Positions 1-7,747 of a stretch of 32,000 nucleotides of DNA are shown here, one piece after another. The stretch's first letter is position 1. Every line of letters begins with the position of its first letter. The stretch spans positions 2,100,001-2,132,000 of the forward strand of contig NZ_RSDW01000001.1 of the NCBI RefSeq assembly GCF_003945235.1. Direction: 5' to 3'. Made by a program: the position numbers and the translations under genes. The DNA is from Edaphobacter aggregans. Its GTDB lineage: Bacteria; Acidobacteriota; Terriglobia; Terriglobales; Acidobacteriaceae. The notes under the pieces were generated by a model. It did no database searches. It was not told the origin of the DNA and saw only the letters and a list, made by a program, of their open reading frames with translations.

Positions 1-1
1 G

Positions 2-2161
2 CTGAAGACGAGGCCACCGGCGGATCCGCAACAGGCAGAGCCGAAGCCGCGACAAAAGATTGGGCTGGTATTCGAAGGCGGTGGGGCGCTGGGGCTTGCG
101 CACATCGGCGTGATTCGGTGGATGGAGGATCACCATATTCCCGTCGACTACGTCTCCGGAACAAGCATGGGTGGACTCGTTGGAGGACTCTATGCTGCCG
201 GATTCACCCCCGAAGAGATGAAGGTGTTCGTTGATGGCATCGATTGGCATAGCGTCCTGAGCGGGCAGGTTCCCTTCCAGTCGCTGGGCTTCCGGCGCAA
301 AGAAGACAAGCTGCTCTTCCCCAATCGCCTGGAGTTTGGACTGAAGGGTGGCAGGTTTAACCTGCCGAATGGGTTGAACTCAGGCAATGCCGTGGGTTTA
401 CTATTCGACCGCACGCTGCTTCCCTACTACGATCTGAGGAGCTTCGACGATCTGCCGATCCCCTTCCGCTGCGTAGCGACGGAGATCATCTCCGGACAGC
501 CTCACGTCTTCAAAGATGGCTCGCTGTCGCAGGCGCTGAGGGCGACGATGGCGATTCCTGGTGTCTTCGCTCCAGTGCATCACGAGGATTTGATCTTCTC
601 TGACGGCGCCGCTGTAGATAATCTGCCGGTGGATGTTGCGCGTCAGATGGGCGCGCAGGTGGTGATTGCATCCTACCTGGACTCAGGACCGACGGATGCC
701 GCAACCCTGAGTTCGTTGGTAGGCGTCGCAGGAAGAAACGTCTCCATTATGACCGCGGCCAATGTTGCGAGGAGTCTGAAGGACGCCGACATTGTGATCT
801 CTTCTGATGTCAGCAAATTCGGCGCGCTGGAATTCACGCGAAGCAACGACATCATCCCGATTGGTGTGAAGGCCGCCGAAGCCCAGTCAGCGCAACTGAT
901 GAAGTACGCATTGAATGATGCTGATTGGGCCGCGTATATCCATGAGCGCGAGTCACGGCGCCGAACGAAGATACCAGTACCGCAGTTCGTCGATATCTAC
1001 GGAGTTGAGGGATCACGACAAAAAGATCTTGAGGTGAAGTTTGAGAAATTCGTCGGCCAGCCCATTGATGTCGACCAGCTGGAGCGCGCGATATCGGATG
1101 CGCTAGGCACAGGATTGTACTCGACGATCAACTACACCATCGTAGAAAGAGATGGAAAGCCTGGACTGCGGATAAGACCACGTGAGAAAGATCACGGGCC
1201 GCCATTCATAAACCTCGGCCTCAACATCCTGGCAGACGCCGCGAACAACGTTCAGTTCGGCGTGGGGACACGCGTGACGTTCTTTAATCTGGTGGGACCG
1301 GGATCAGAGGTGCGAGTGGACGGAGCTGTAGGTCAGCCTGCGACACTTGCAGGGGAACTCTTCAAGCCGATCAAAGCAGGAAGCCGAGCGTTCGTTGCAC
1401 CACACGCGTACCTGAACCAGCAGATCGTTCCGTACTACCAGGGCACTACCCAGTTGGATCAGTACAAGACAAAGCAAAACGGACTGGGGGCAGATGTAGG
1501 TTTTCAGTTCAATGCGAGAACCGAGTTGAGGTTAGGCCAGGACTATCAGTGGTATACCGCGGTACGAACGATCGGACAGCCGATTGGGAATGAGTTTCAC
1601 CTGAATCCGTTGGTGTCTGCGGCGAAGTTTCAATACCTGGGACAGGACGACATGATGGTCCCAACACGCGGCACGACGGTAGGGGTAATCTACAACTACT
1701 TTACGGAGAGGCCGAACGAATCGGGTGGCTTCTCGCAGATGACGGGAAGGATTCAACATTTCATTCCCATACGCGAGCGCGGAATTATATTTACAGCGGT
1801 ACAGGGCGGGACAAGCTTTGGCGCGGAAAATCTGGGGCTCGCGGGCGTCTCGCTTGGCGGACCGCTACGATTGAGCGCCTACAGCCGGAATGAGTTGCTG
1901 GGGACGGACTTCTATCTCCTCCAGGGAGGCTATCTATATCGGCTCGCACGCCTCAATCCCGTAATCGGAGACGCAATCTACGCCGGCGGCCTCTACGAGA
2001 TTGGCAAGATGTATGGAGGCAATCCGCAGACGCCCTCTCTGCCTAACGACTTTGCTGGGTTTGTGGTCGTGAAGACACTGATTGGTCCAGTCTTAGGCGG
2101 ACTCAGTATCGGCGACGGTGGCCGCTGGAAGTGGTACATCGGGGTGGGACGGGTGTTTTAA
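2..2161 (+). CDS. Patatin-like phospholipase fused to a POTRA-like repeat and an Omp85-type beta-barrel (PlpD-like, type Vd autotransporter architecture). The 5' end runs off the window.
   Basis: The frame is open from nt 2. Translation upstream of the listed Met reads KIGLVFEGGGALGLAHIG (GGGxxG oxyanion motif). It is followed by GTSMG (GxSxG nucleophile) and SDGAAVDN (catalytic Asp-Gly). The segment VPQFVDIYGVEG...GLRIRPREK resembles a POTRA repeat. The C-terminal ~320 aa is rich in alternating-hydrophobic strands and ends in GVGRVF; a terminal aromatic residue is typical of OM barrels. Confidence 0.8.
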   Translation: MKTRPPADPQQAEPKPRQKIGLVFEGGGALGLAHIGVIRWMEDHHIPVDYVSGTSMGGLVGGLYAAGFTPEEMKVFVDGIDWHSVLSGQVPFQSLGFRRKEDKLLFPNRLEFGLKGGRFNLPNGLNSGNAVGLLFDRTLLPYYDLRSFDDLPIPFRCVATEIISGQPHVFKDGSLSQALRATMAIPGVFAPVHHEDLIFSDGAAVDNLPVDVARQMGAQVVIASYLDSGPTDAATLSSLVGVAGRNVSIMTAANVARSLKDADIVISSDVSKFGALEFTRSNDIIPIGVKAAEAQSAQLMKYALNDADWAAYIHERESRRRTKIPVPQFVDIYGVEGSRQKDLEVKFEKFVGQPIDVDQLERAISDALGTGLYSTINYTIVERDGKPGLRIRPREKDHGPPFINLGLNILADAANNVQFGVGTRVTFFNLVGPGSEVRVDGAVGQPATLAGELFKPIKAGSRAFVAPHAYLNQQIVPYYQGTTQLDQYKTKQNGLGADVGFQFNARTELRLGQDYQWYTAVRTIGQPIGNEFHLNPLVSAAKFQYLGQDDMMVPTRGTTVGVIYNYFTERPNESGGFSQMTGRIQHFIPIRERGIIFTAVQGGTSFGAENLGLAGVSLGGPLRLSAYSRNELLGTDFYLLQGGYLYRLARLNPVIGDAIYAGGLYEIGKMYGGNPQTPSLPNDFAGFVVVKTLIGPVLGGLSIGDGGRWKWYIGVGRVF

Positions 2162-2176
2162 TAAGATCTGGCTGGA

Positions 2177-3358
2177 TTGCACTGTTGTACTTTGATCGAT
2201 TCAAGCTGCCGGGGTAAACGATTGGGTTGGAAGAGGATTGGGACGGCTTTTGCCGTGGTGCTGTTGTTGCTGGGGTTCACGACGTGGCCGGTCGTTCGGG
2301 TTCATCTGCAGGCAATCGCAATTTTGAAGTTGGTGAGTGGGCAACCTGTCCCAAGGCTGATCAGCGCTGTGATTCAAGAACCGGTTGAGAGCAAGGTGAT
2401 TGAGTTCCCGGCTGGGGGAGCAATGGTACGTGCTCGAATGTACCTTCCGCGGAGACGCGCGCACGCTCCTGCGTTGGTAGTGTTGCATGGCGTGCATCAC
2501 CTGGGTATGAATGAGCCGCGGCTGATGAGCTTTGCGGCAGCGATGGCGAGCTGCGGGCTACAGGTTCTGACGCCTGAGCTACCAAACATCAAGGACTATC
2601 ACATTGATGCGGATTCGGTGCGAACTATCGCCGATTCGGCTCAGTGGTTTGCGTCGCAGACGGGTGGTCCGGTGGGTGTTATGGGGTTGAGTTTCTCCGG
2701 CGGCCTGGCGCTGGTGGCCGCTGCCGATCCGATGTACGAGCGTAGCTTTAAATTTGTCTTCGCAGTGGGCTCGCAGGATGAGATGAGCCGGGTGGCGCAG
2801 TTCTATCTGACAGGACGTGAGTTGCGGCCTGATGGGACGGTGGAAGAACTTTCTCCGCATGAGTATGGCGCGCTGGTGCTGGAGTATGAGCATCTGGACG
2901 ACTTCGTTCCGGCGAGCGATGTAGCTGCGGTGAGAGCAGTTCTGCGTGAGCATCTTTACGAAAATAAGCAGGCTGAATTGGGCGCGATGAATCAGGCTAC
3001 GGTTGTGCAGCGCGCTGAGGCTGTGGCGCTGATGGATACGAATTCGCCGAAGACCCGGGCCAGGCTGGCGGCGGCGGAGATTCTGCGGCGGAAGGAGATG
3101 GATGGCTTGTCGCCGCATGGGATACTGAAGACGATGACGACTCCGGTGTACCTGCTGCATGGAGAAGCGGATAACATTATTCCATCGGCAGAGACGCTGT
3201 GGATGGCACACGAGCTGCCGAATACGGCGTTGCGCGCGGCACTGATAAGTCCGACGCTTTCGCATCTGGATCTCGATGGTGCGAAGCCGGGGATTTGGGA
3301 TGAATTGAGGTTGGTTCACTTCTTTGCACTTGTGATGCAGGCGGCCGAGAGAAATTGA
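2177..3358 (+). CDS. Membrane-anchored alpha/beta-fold hydrolase. The start is uncertain: TTG at 2177 or TTG at 2222.
   Basis: There is an N-terminal hydrophobic helix (IGTAFAVVLLLLGFTTWPVV). Motifs present are HG (VVLHGVHH), the nucleophile elbow GLSFSGG (GxSxG), an acid residue in LLHGEADNIIP and a late His (SHLD). The ORF begins 16 nt after the upstream stop. Confidence 0.7.
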   Translation: MHCCTLIDSSCRGKRLGWKRIGTAFAVVLLLLGFTTWPVVRVHLQAIAILKLVSGQPVPRLISAVIQEPVESKVIEFPAGGAMVRARMYLPRRRAHAPALVVLHGVHHLGMNEPRLMSFAAAMASCGLQVLTPELPNIKDYHIDADSVRTIADSAQWFASQTGGPVGVMGLSFSGGLALVAAADPMYERSFKFVFAVGSQDEMSRVAQFYLTGRELRPDGTVEELSPHEYGALVLEYEHLDDFVPASDVAAVRAVLREHLYENKQAELGAMNQATVVQRAEAVALMDTNSPKTRARLAAAEILRRKEMDGLSPHGILKTMTTPVYLLHGEADNIIPSAETLWMAHELPNTALRAALISPTLSHLDLDGAKPGIWDELRLVHFFALVMQAAERN

Positions 3359-3366
3359 GGGAGATC

Positions 3367-4395
3367 ATGAGCGAGTTTGTAACGCTGGATGAGATACGAG
3401 CAGCAAAGGAGCGAATCGCAGGGGTAGCGGTGCGGACCCCGCTTTACCGCGTGGAGCGGGCACGGTTGCGTATGGCGAAGGTTGCGGAGCCGGAGTTTGA
3501 TCTTTATATCAAAGCAGAGAGCGAGCAGCCGATTGGGAGCTTCAAGCTGCGTGGGGCCTATAACATGGTGGCGCAGCTTTCGTCTGAGGCTCTGAAGCGT
3601 GGTGTGATTACATACTCGAGCGGGAACCATGCGCAGGGTGTGGCATATGCGGCGCGGGCTCTGGGCGCGAAGGCTGTGATCGTGATGCCGTCGAACGCAC
3701 CGGATGTGAAGAAGGCAGCGACGCGCGCTCTGGGAGCGGAGATTGTCGAGGTGGGACCGGCTTCGTCCGAGCGGCGGATCAAGGCTGAAGAGCTGGTGGC
3801 CAAGTTTGGGTATGCAATGATTCCGCCGTATGATGCGCCTGAGATTATCGCCGGGCAGGCGACGTGCGGGTTGGAGATTGTGGAGCAGTTGCCGGGTGTA
3901 GAGTTGGTGATCTCGCCCGTGAGCGGAGGCGGGTTGCTGAGCGGCGTCGCCACGGCGGTGAAGCTGGCGGCGCAGGCGGGTCTCGCGCGGTCGGACGTGC
4001 AGGTTTGGGGAGCGGAGCCGGAGCTGGCGGCGGATGCGAAGGAGAGTTTCTATTCGAAGACGTTGGTGGAGTGGCCTGCGGAGAAGACGACGCGGACGAT
4101 TGGCGATGGATTGCGGACGCAGAGTCTCGGTGTGTTGAACTTCGAGCATGTGCTGCGCCATGTGGATGGGATTGTGTCGGTTACCGAGGATGAGATTTTC
4201 GAAGCGATGCGAGTGATGTTGACGGTCACGAAGCTTGTTCCCGAGCCGAGCGGGGCGGTGACATTGGCGGCGGCGCTGTTCCATGCAGAAGAACTGCCGA
4301 AGGTGAAGAAGGTCGCCGTGGTGTTGAGCGGAGGAAATCTTGAGCCTGCGCTGCGCGAACGTTTGGAGAGTGAGTTGGCTGAACGTGTGCTGTAG
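3367..4395 (+). CDS. PLP-dependent threonine/serine dehydratase family enzyme (fold-type II, no ACT regulatory domain).
   Basis: The PLP lysine motif GSFKLRGA, SSGNHAQG and the glycine loop SGGGLLSG are present. ATG at 3367 is preceded by GAGGGAG. The length (~342 aa) fits the short catabolic or serine-racemase-like branch. Confidence 0.85.
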   Translation: MSEFVTLDEIRAAKERIAGVAVRTPLYRVERARLRMAKVAEPEFDLYIKAESEQPIGSFKLRGAYNMVAQLSSEALKRGVITYSSGNHAQGVAYAARALGAKAVIVMPSNAPDVKKAATRALGAEIVEVGPASSERRIKAEELVAKFGYAMIPPYDAPEIIAGQATCGLEIVEQLPGVELVISPVSGGGLLSGVATAVKLAAQAGLARSDVQVWGAEPELAADAKESFYSKTLVEWPAEKTTRTIGDGLRTQSLGVLNFEHVLRHVDGIVSVTEDEIFEAMRVMLTVTKLVPEPSGAVTLAAALFHAEELPKVKKVAVVLSGGNLEPALRERLESELAERVL

Positions 4396-4428
4396 GTGCT
4401 TTCGGGGGGATGGACGAGGCGTCTAACT

Positions 4429-5463
4429 ATGATGATGCGGGTTGATTCTTCGATGCGTGATCGTTTGAACTGGTTTAGCTGGGGCGCGGTGGTCCTTCTG
4501 ATGAGCTGCGGCACAGCGCTTGGCCAGAAGCAGAAGGACAAAGCCGGGTATGATCGGGCGGCGCGTGCGACGGTGCTGCATGAGGCCAACGTGTATGTGG
4601 CTGCGGATGCGGATTCGCAGCGGATTTCGCTGGTGACTCCGGGGCATGAGGTCGTTATTGTCGAGCGGAGTGGGCCTTGGGTGAAGGTCTTCGCAAATAC
4701 CGATATAGAAGATGATGCAGAGGAGAAACCTGAGTTCAGTAGCGATGAGAATGCGACGCCGGCTTCGGGGTGGATTCGGGACAAGGGTGTGGTGGGTCTG
4801 ACGACTGCAGGGGGCGATGCGATTTTGTATGGAACCGCGGCGGGCCTCGAGGAGGAGGCTTCGCAGCCGCATGGTCCCAAGGGTGCGGCTCCGGCGGCGC
4901 ATCTGCTGTATCGGCGAGTGGCGGAATATTATCCGGATTCGCCGCTTGCACCGGAGGCGGCGTGGCGGTCGGCTGATATTCGGTGGCAGATCGATAAGCT
5001 GGATATCAGTTCGTTGCCGAGCGCGAAGGAGCAGGATGCCTCGTTGCGCCCGGCGATCTACGATGGCGAGATGAAGAAGGTGATCAAGCGGTATCCGGGG
5101 ACGAAGTATGCCGCGCTGGCGGCGTACGAGTTGCTGGATAACAAACTGTGCGGGGATTGGCAGGGTTTGCCGAAGTGTCCGGAGATGGAAGCTGGGCTGT
5201 ATGAGAAGTATGCCCAGCAGTTTCCTGATGGACCTAAAGCTGCCGAGGCGCTCTACAACGCTACGTACCGCGAGGGCGTGGTGGTGACCATGTACACCGT
5301 ACAGGAAGACAAGAAGAAGGCCGATGCGGCGGCGGCGAAGACGCAGATGCTGGCGCAGGAGTTGAAGGCGAAGTATCCGCAGTCGGATTATGCGGCTCGG
5401 GGGACGAGCGTGGCGTTTCGAGTGGCGCAGGGGATTCCTCTGTTTGGGAATGATCGTGACTGA
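4429..5463 (+). CDS. Secreted protein or probable lipoprotein with an SH3b-like N-terminal domain and a helical YbgF/BamD-like repeat region; function unknown.
   Basis: The signal peptide has a lipobox-like LLMSCG. The SH3-like segment is VLHEANVYVAADADSQRISLVTPGHEVVIVERSGPWVKVF. The C-terminal half has repeated 'YP.s.yA..A' helical motifs. I prefer ATG at 4429 (ATGATGATG) over the listed 4396 start. Confidence 0.6.
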   Translation: MMMRVDSSMRDRLNWFSWGAVVLLMSCGTALGQKQKDKAGYDRAARATVLHEANVYVAADADSQRISLVTPGHEVVIVERSGPWVKVFANTDIEDDAEEKPEFSSDENATPASGWIRDKGVVGLTTAGGDAILYGTAAGLEEEASQPHGPKGAAPAAHLLYRRVAEYYPDSPLAPEAAWRSADIRWQIDKLDISSLPSAKEQDASLRPAIYDGEMKKVIKRYPGTKYAALAAYELLDNKLCGDWQGLPKCPEMEAGLYEKYAQQFPDGPKAAEALYNATYREGVVVTMYTVQEDKKKADAAAAKTQMLAQELKAKYPQSDYAARGTSVAFRVAQGIPLFGNDRD

Positions 5464-5914
5464 CGATTCCCTTCCCCGGGATCTTGTGGTGCGTGGGATC
5501 GCGCTCGAAGATGCCATGGCGGTTGCGGAATTATGCGGCCAGTTAGGTTATCCGGCTTCTGACGCGGAGATTGTGGAGCGTATCAAGGATTTGCTGACAC
5601 GTGCCGGGGATCAGGTAGCCTATGTCGCGTGCCTGGGTGACGAAGTCGTGGGGTGGCTTGAGGTTTCGATTGTGCATCATCTACAGTCGGCTCCATATGC
5701 GCTGATCGGCGGGTTGGTGGTGAGGGACGGGGTGCGAAGTCTTGGCGTAGGAAGGAGGCTATGCGCCGAGGTGGAGGAGTGGAGCAGAGGCAAAGGCATG
5801 GGGGTACTACGGGTGAGCTCGCGGATGACGCGGAAGGACGCTCACCGGTTCTATCTTAGGAACGGGTTTCTACAAACCAAGACCTCGGCAGTGTTTGAGA
5901 AGGTTCTCTCCTAA
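5450..5914 (+). CDS. GNAT-family N-acetyltransferase.
   Basis: The acetyl-CoA binding motif VRSLGVGRRL (R/QxxGxG) and the C-terminal FYLRNGF are present. The start (ATG 5450 or in-frame GTG 5456) overlaps the upstream stop at 5461-5463. Confidence 0.8.
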   Translation: MIVTDDSLPRDLVVRGIALEDAMAVAELCGQLGYPASDAEIVERIKDLLTRAGDQVAYVACLGDEVVGWLEVSIVHHLQSAPYALIGGLVVRDGVRSLGVGRRLCAEVEEWSRGKGMGVLRVSSRMTRKDAHRFYLRNGFLQTKTSAVFEKVLS

Positions 5915-5969
5915 AAGTCAAGCTTTTGGCGGAAATGGCATATTCATCCGGAGGATTTAGGATGGGGCT

Positions 5970-6854
5970 ATGCCGATTTTCAAAGTGATTGTTCTTGCCA
6001 TTGTGCAAGGCCTGGCAGAGCTGCTGCCCGTCTCGAGTTCCGCTCACGTTGTGGTGACGGAGAAGCTGATGGGGCTTGACCCCTCGTCACCGCAGATGAC
6101 CCTGCTGCTGGTGATGCTGCATACGGGCACGATGTTCGCCGTGATCGCGTACTTCTGGAATCAGTGGAAGAAAACGTACTTCGCAAGCAGCGATGCCTTC
6201 AAACGGTTTGCGATCCGCGTGATCTGGGCGACGATCCTGACGGCTGCGATCGGCGAAGTGATCAAGAAGATTATCGAGAAGACTTTATTTCATGGCGCTC
6301 CGAAGGCCGAGATTGAGGACCTGTTTGGGCGGCTGGATTTGATTGCTCCTGCGTTGGCTGCAGTTGGAATCCTGATTTTGATCTCTGGGCTGCTGGAGAA
6401 ACGACGCATGGGTGCGCATCCCAATGTCTACGGCGACAGCGTGACGATGCGACAGGCTGGGTGGATCGGCGCGATTCAGGGGTTATGCCTGCCATTTCGC
6501 GGGTTTTCGCGTTCGGGTGCTACGATCTCGACCGGCATGCTGACCGGTGCCAGTAAAGAGCGCGCCGAGCGGTTCAGCTTTGCGTTGGCTGTGGTGCTGA
6601 CTCCACCTGTCGTGGCGCGAGAGGTACTGCGGCTTTTGAAGGCTTCGCACGAGGCTGCGGCTGCTGGTACGCCGATCGACCTGCACGGCAGCGTAGTGAC
6701 GAGTCTGCTGGGCGCAGTGTTTGCGTTCTTTGCCGGACTTGTGGCTTTGAAGTGGCTTAGCAGCTGGCTCGAAGAGGGACGTTGGTATCTGTTTGGAATT
6801 TATTGCCTGGTGGCTTCAGTTGTTGTGTTTTATTTGCATCACATTGGATATTGA
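5970..6854 (+). CDS. uppP: Undecaprenyl-diphosphate phosphatase (BacA/UppP).
   Basis: The N-terminal signature is QGLAELLPVSSSAHVVV. The second conserved motif RSGATIS is present. It is a polytopic membrane protein of ~294 aa. Confidence 0.92.
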   Translation: MPIFKVIVLAIVQGLAELLPVSSSAHVVVTEKLMGLDPSSPQMTLLLVMLHTGTMFAVIAYFWNQWKKTYFASSDAFKRFAIRVIWATILTAAIGEVIKKIIEKTLFHGAPKAEIEDLFGRLDLIAPALAAVGILILISGLLEKRRMGAHPNVYGDSVTMRQAGWIGAIQGLCLPFRGFSRSGATISTGMLTGASKERAERFSFALAVVLTPPVVAREVLRLLKASHEAAAAGTPIDLHGSVVTSLLGAVFAFFAGLVALKWLSSWLEEGRWYLFGIYCLVASVVVFYLHHIGY

Positions 6855-6870
6855 ATCGACCTTGCAAACA

Positions 6871-6902
6871 AAGAGGGCGGCTGATAACTCAGCCGCCCTC
6901 TT
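6871..6902. terminator. Bidirectional intrinsic terminator between convergent uppP and the DUF2383-like gene.
   Basis: There is a perfect 14-bp stem, aagagggcggctga / tcagccgccctctt, with loop taac. It is flanked by A-rich sequence (5') and T-rich sequence (3', ..tttacgtttt). Confidence 0.75.
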
Positions 6903-6915
6903 TACGTTTTGAAAG

Positions 6916-7380
6916 CTACTTCGCTGCAAGGACGTCGCGGTGGCTTCGGACGTAGTCGTGGGCGGTGAGGATGTGAGCCTGCTGCTCTGCCAGAAGCTGA
7001 CGTACGGGAAGAGGAAGATCCTGATCCAATGCGTCTTTATAGGCCTTCTTGGCTTCATCTTCGCCTTGTTCGGCGGTCTGGAGAAGAGCATGATCTCCGC
7101 CACCCAGCTTGGCCTTCAGATCGCCCCACACGCGGTGTAGAGTGCCGGTTGTGGTACCTGATTCTTTGATATCGTGGACGCCATTCTGGTGGAGGATCTC
7201 TTCGAGGTCGCCGCGGAAGCTGGCGCGTTTGAGAGATTCGGCGAGAAAGTAACGCTTCAAGGTTTCGTCTTTCAGGTGTTCGCCGATGTCGGCAAAGCCT
7301 TTCTGGCTATCTAGAAGGGTGCTAATGAGCGAATTCAGGGCGCGCTCCATCTCGTGCTGCTTGGATGTGTCAGTTGGCAT
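6916..7380 (-). CDS. PA2169/DUF2383-type ferritin-like four-helix-bundle protein.
   Basis: The sequence LNSLISTLLDSQKGFADIGEHLKDETLKRYF...GEDEAKKAYKDALDQDLPLPVRQLL matches my recollection of the PA2169 family. ATG at 7380 is preceded by GAGGAA. The listed 7539 start adds a non-protein-like, Pro/Gly/Ala-rich extension. Confidence 0.8.
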   Translation of the reverse strand: MPTDTSKQHEMERALNSLISTLLDSQKGFADIGEHLKDETLKRYFLAESLKRASFRGDLEEILHQNGVHDIKESGTTTGTLHRVWGDLKAKLGGGDHALLQTAEQGEDEAKKAYKDALDQDLPLPVRQLLAEQQAHILTAHDYVRSHRDVLAAK

Positions 7381-7747
7381 AGATTCCTCAGATTCTGTGG
7401 ATTGACTTGCGTGTGCGGTTGGAGCAGGGTCCGCCGGCTGCGCGCGATTCTCCTTTGCCGGCGGCAAGCAGGAGAAATCGCGAAAACCCCGCGCCCCCGC
7501 CAACCGATACCAAGGACCGCCGGGCCCGAATGCGCCCAACGGCGAGTGTTATAGGGATAGATGCGCGGTTGGGACGTGGGTTTGCATCCGGATACCCCGT
7601 ACAGCGTGATTGGCGTAATTTCTGTTGCGCTCTGGGATAATCGGAGATGCTCTGGTGGTTCACGGCCTTGTTGCAGACGGCGCTGGTGTGCAGCTTGCTG
7701 CGCTGGTGCGAAAGAGGTTGCGCGCACTCCGGAATGAAGGCTCCCCA

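Noticed and set aside
2579-5517. Long minus-strand ORFs 2579-3319, 3316-4284 and 4423-5517 (246-364 aa), antisense to the hydrolase, dehydratase and SH3-lipoprotein genes.
   Set aside because: Their translations are extremely Arg/His/Pro/Leu-rich with no motifs. They are typical shadow ORFs of high-GC coding DNA, and the plus-strand genes carry clear catalytic motifs.
7658-7673. GTTCacggccttGTTG upstream of ftsK. It resembles the GTTC-N7-GTTC direct-repeat LexA box that I recall being reported for Acidobacterium and Alphaproteobacteria; ftsK is SOS-regulated in E. coli.
   Set aside because: The spacing is N8 rather than N7 and the second half-site has a mismatch (GTTG). At N7 the second half reads TGTT. 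That is too degenerate to call from one sequence.
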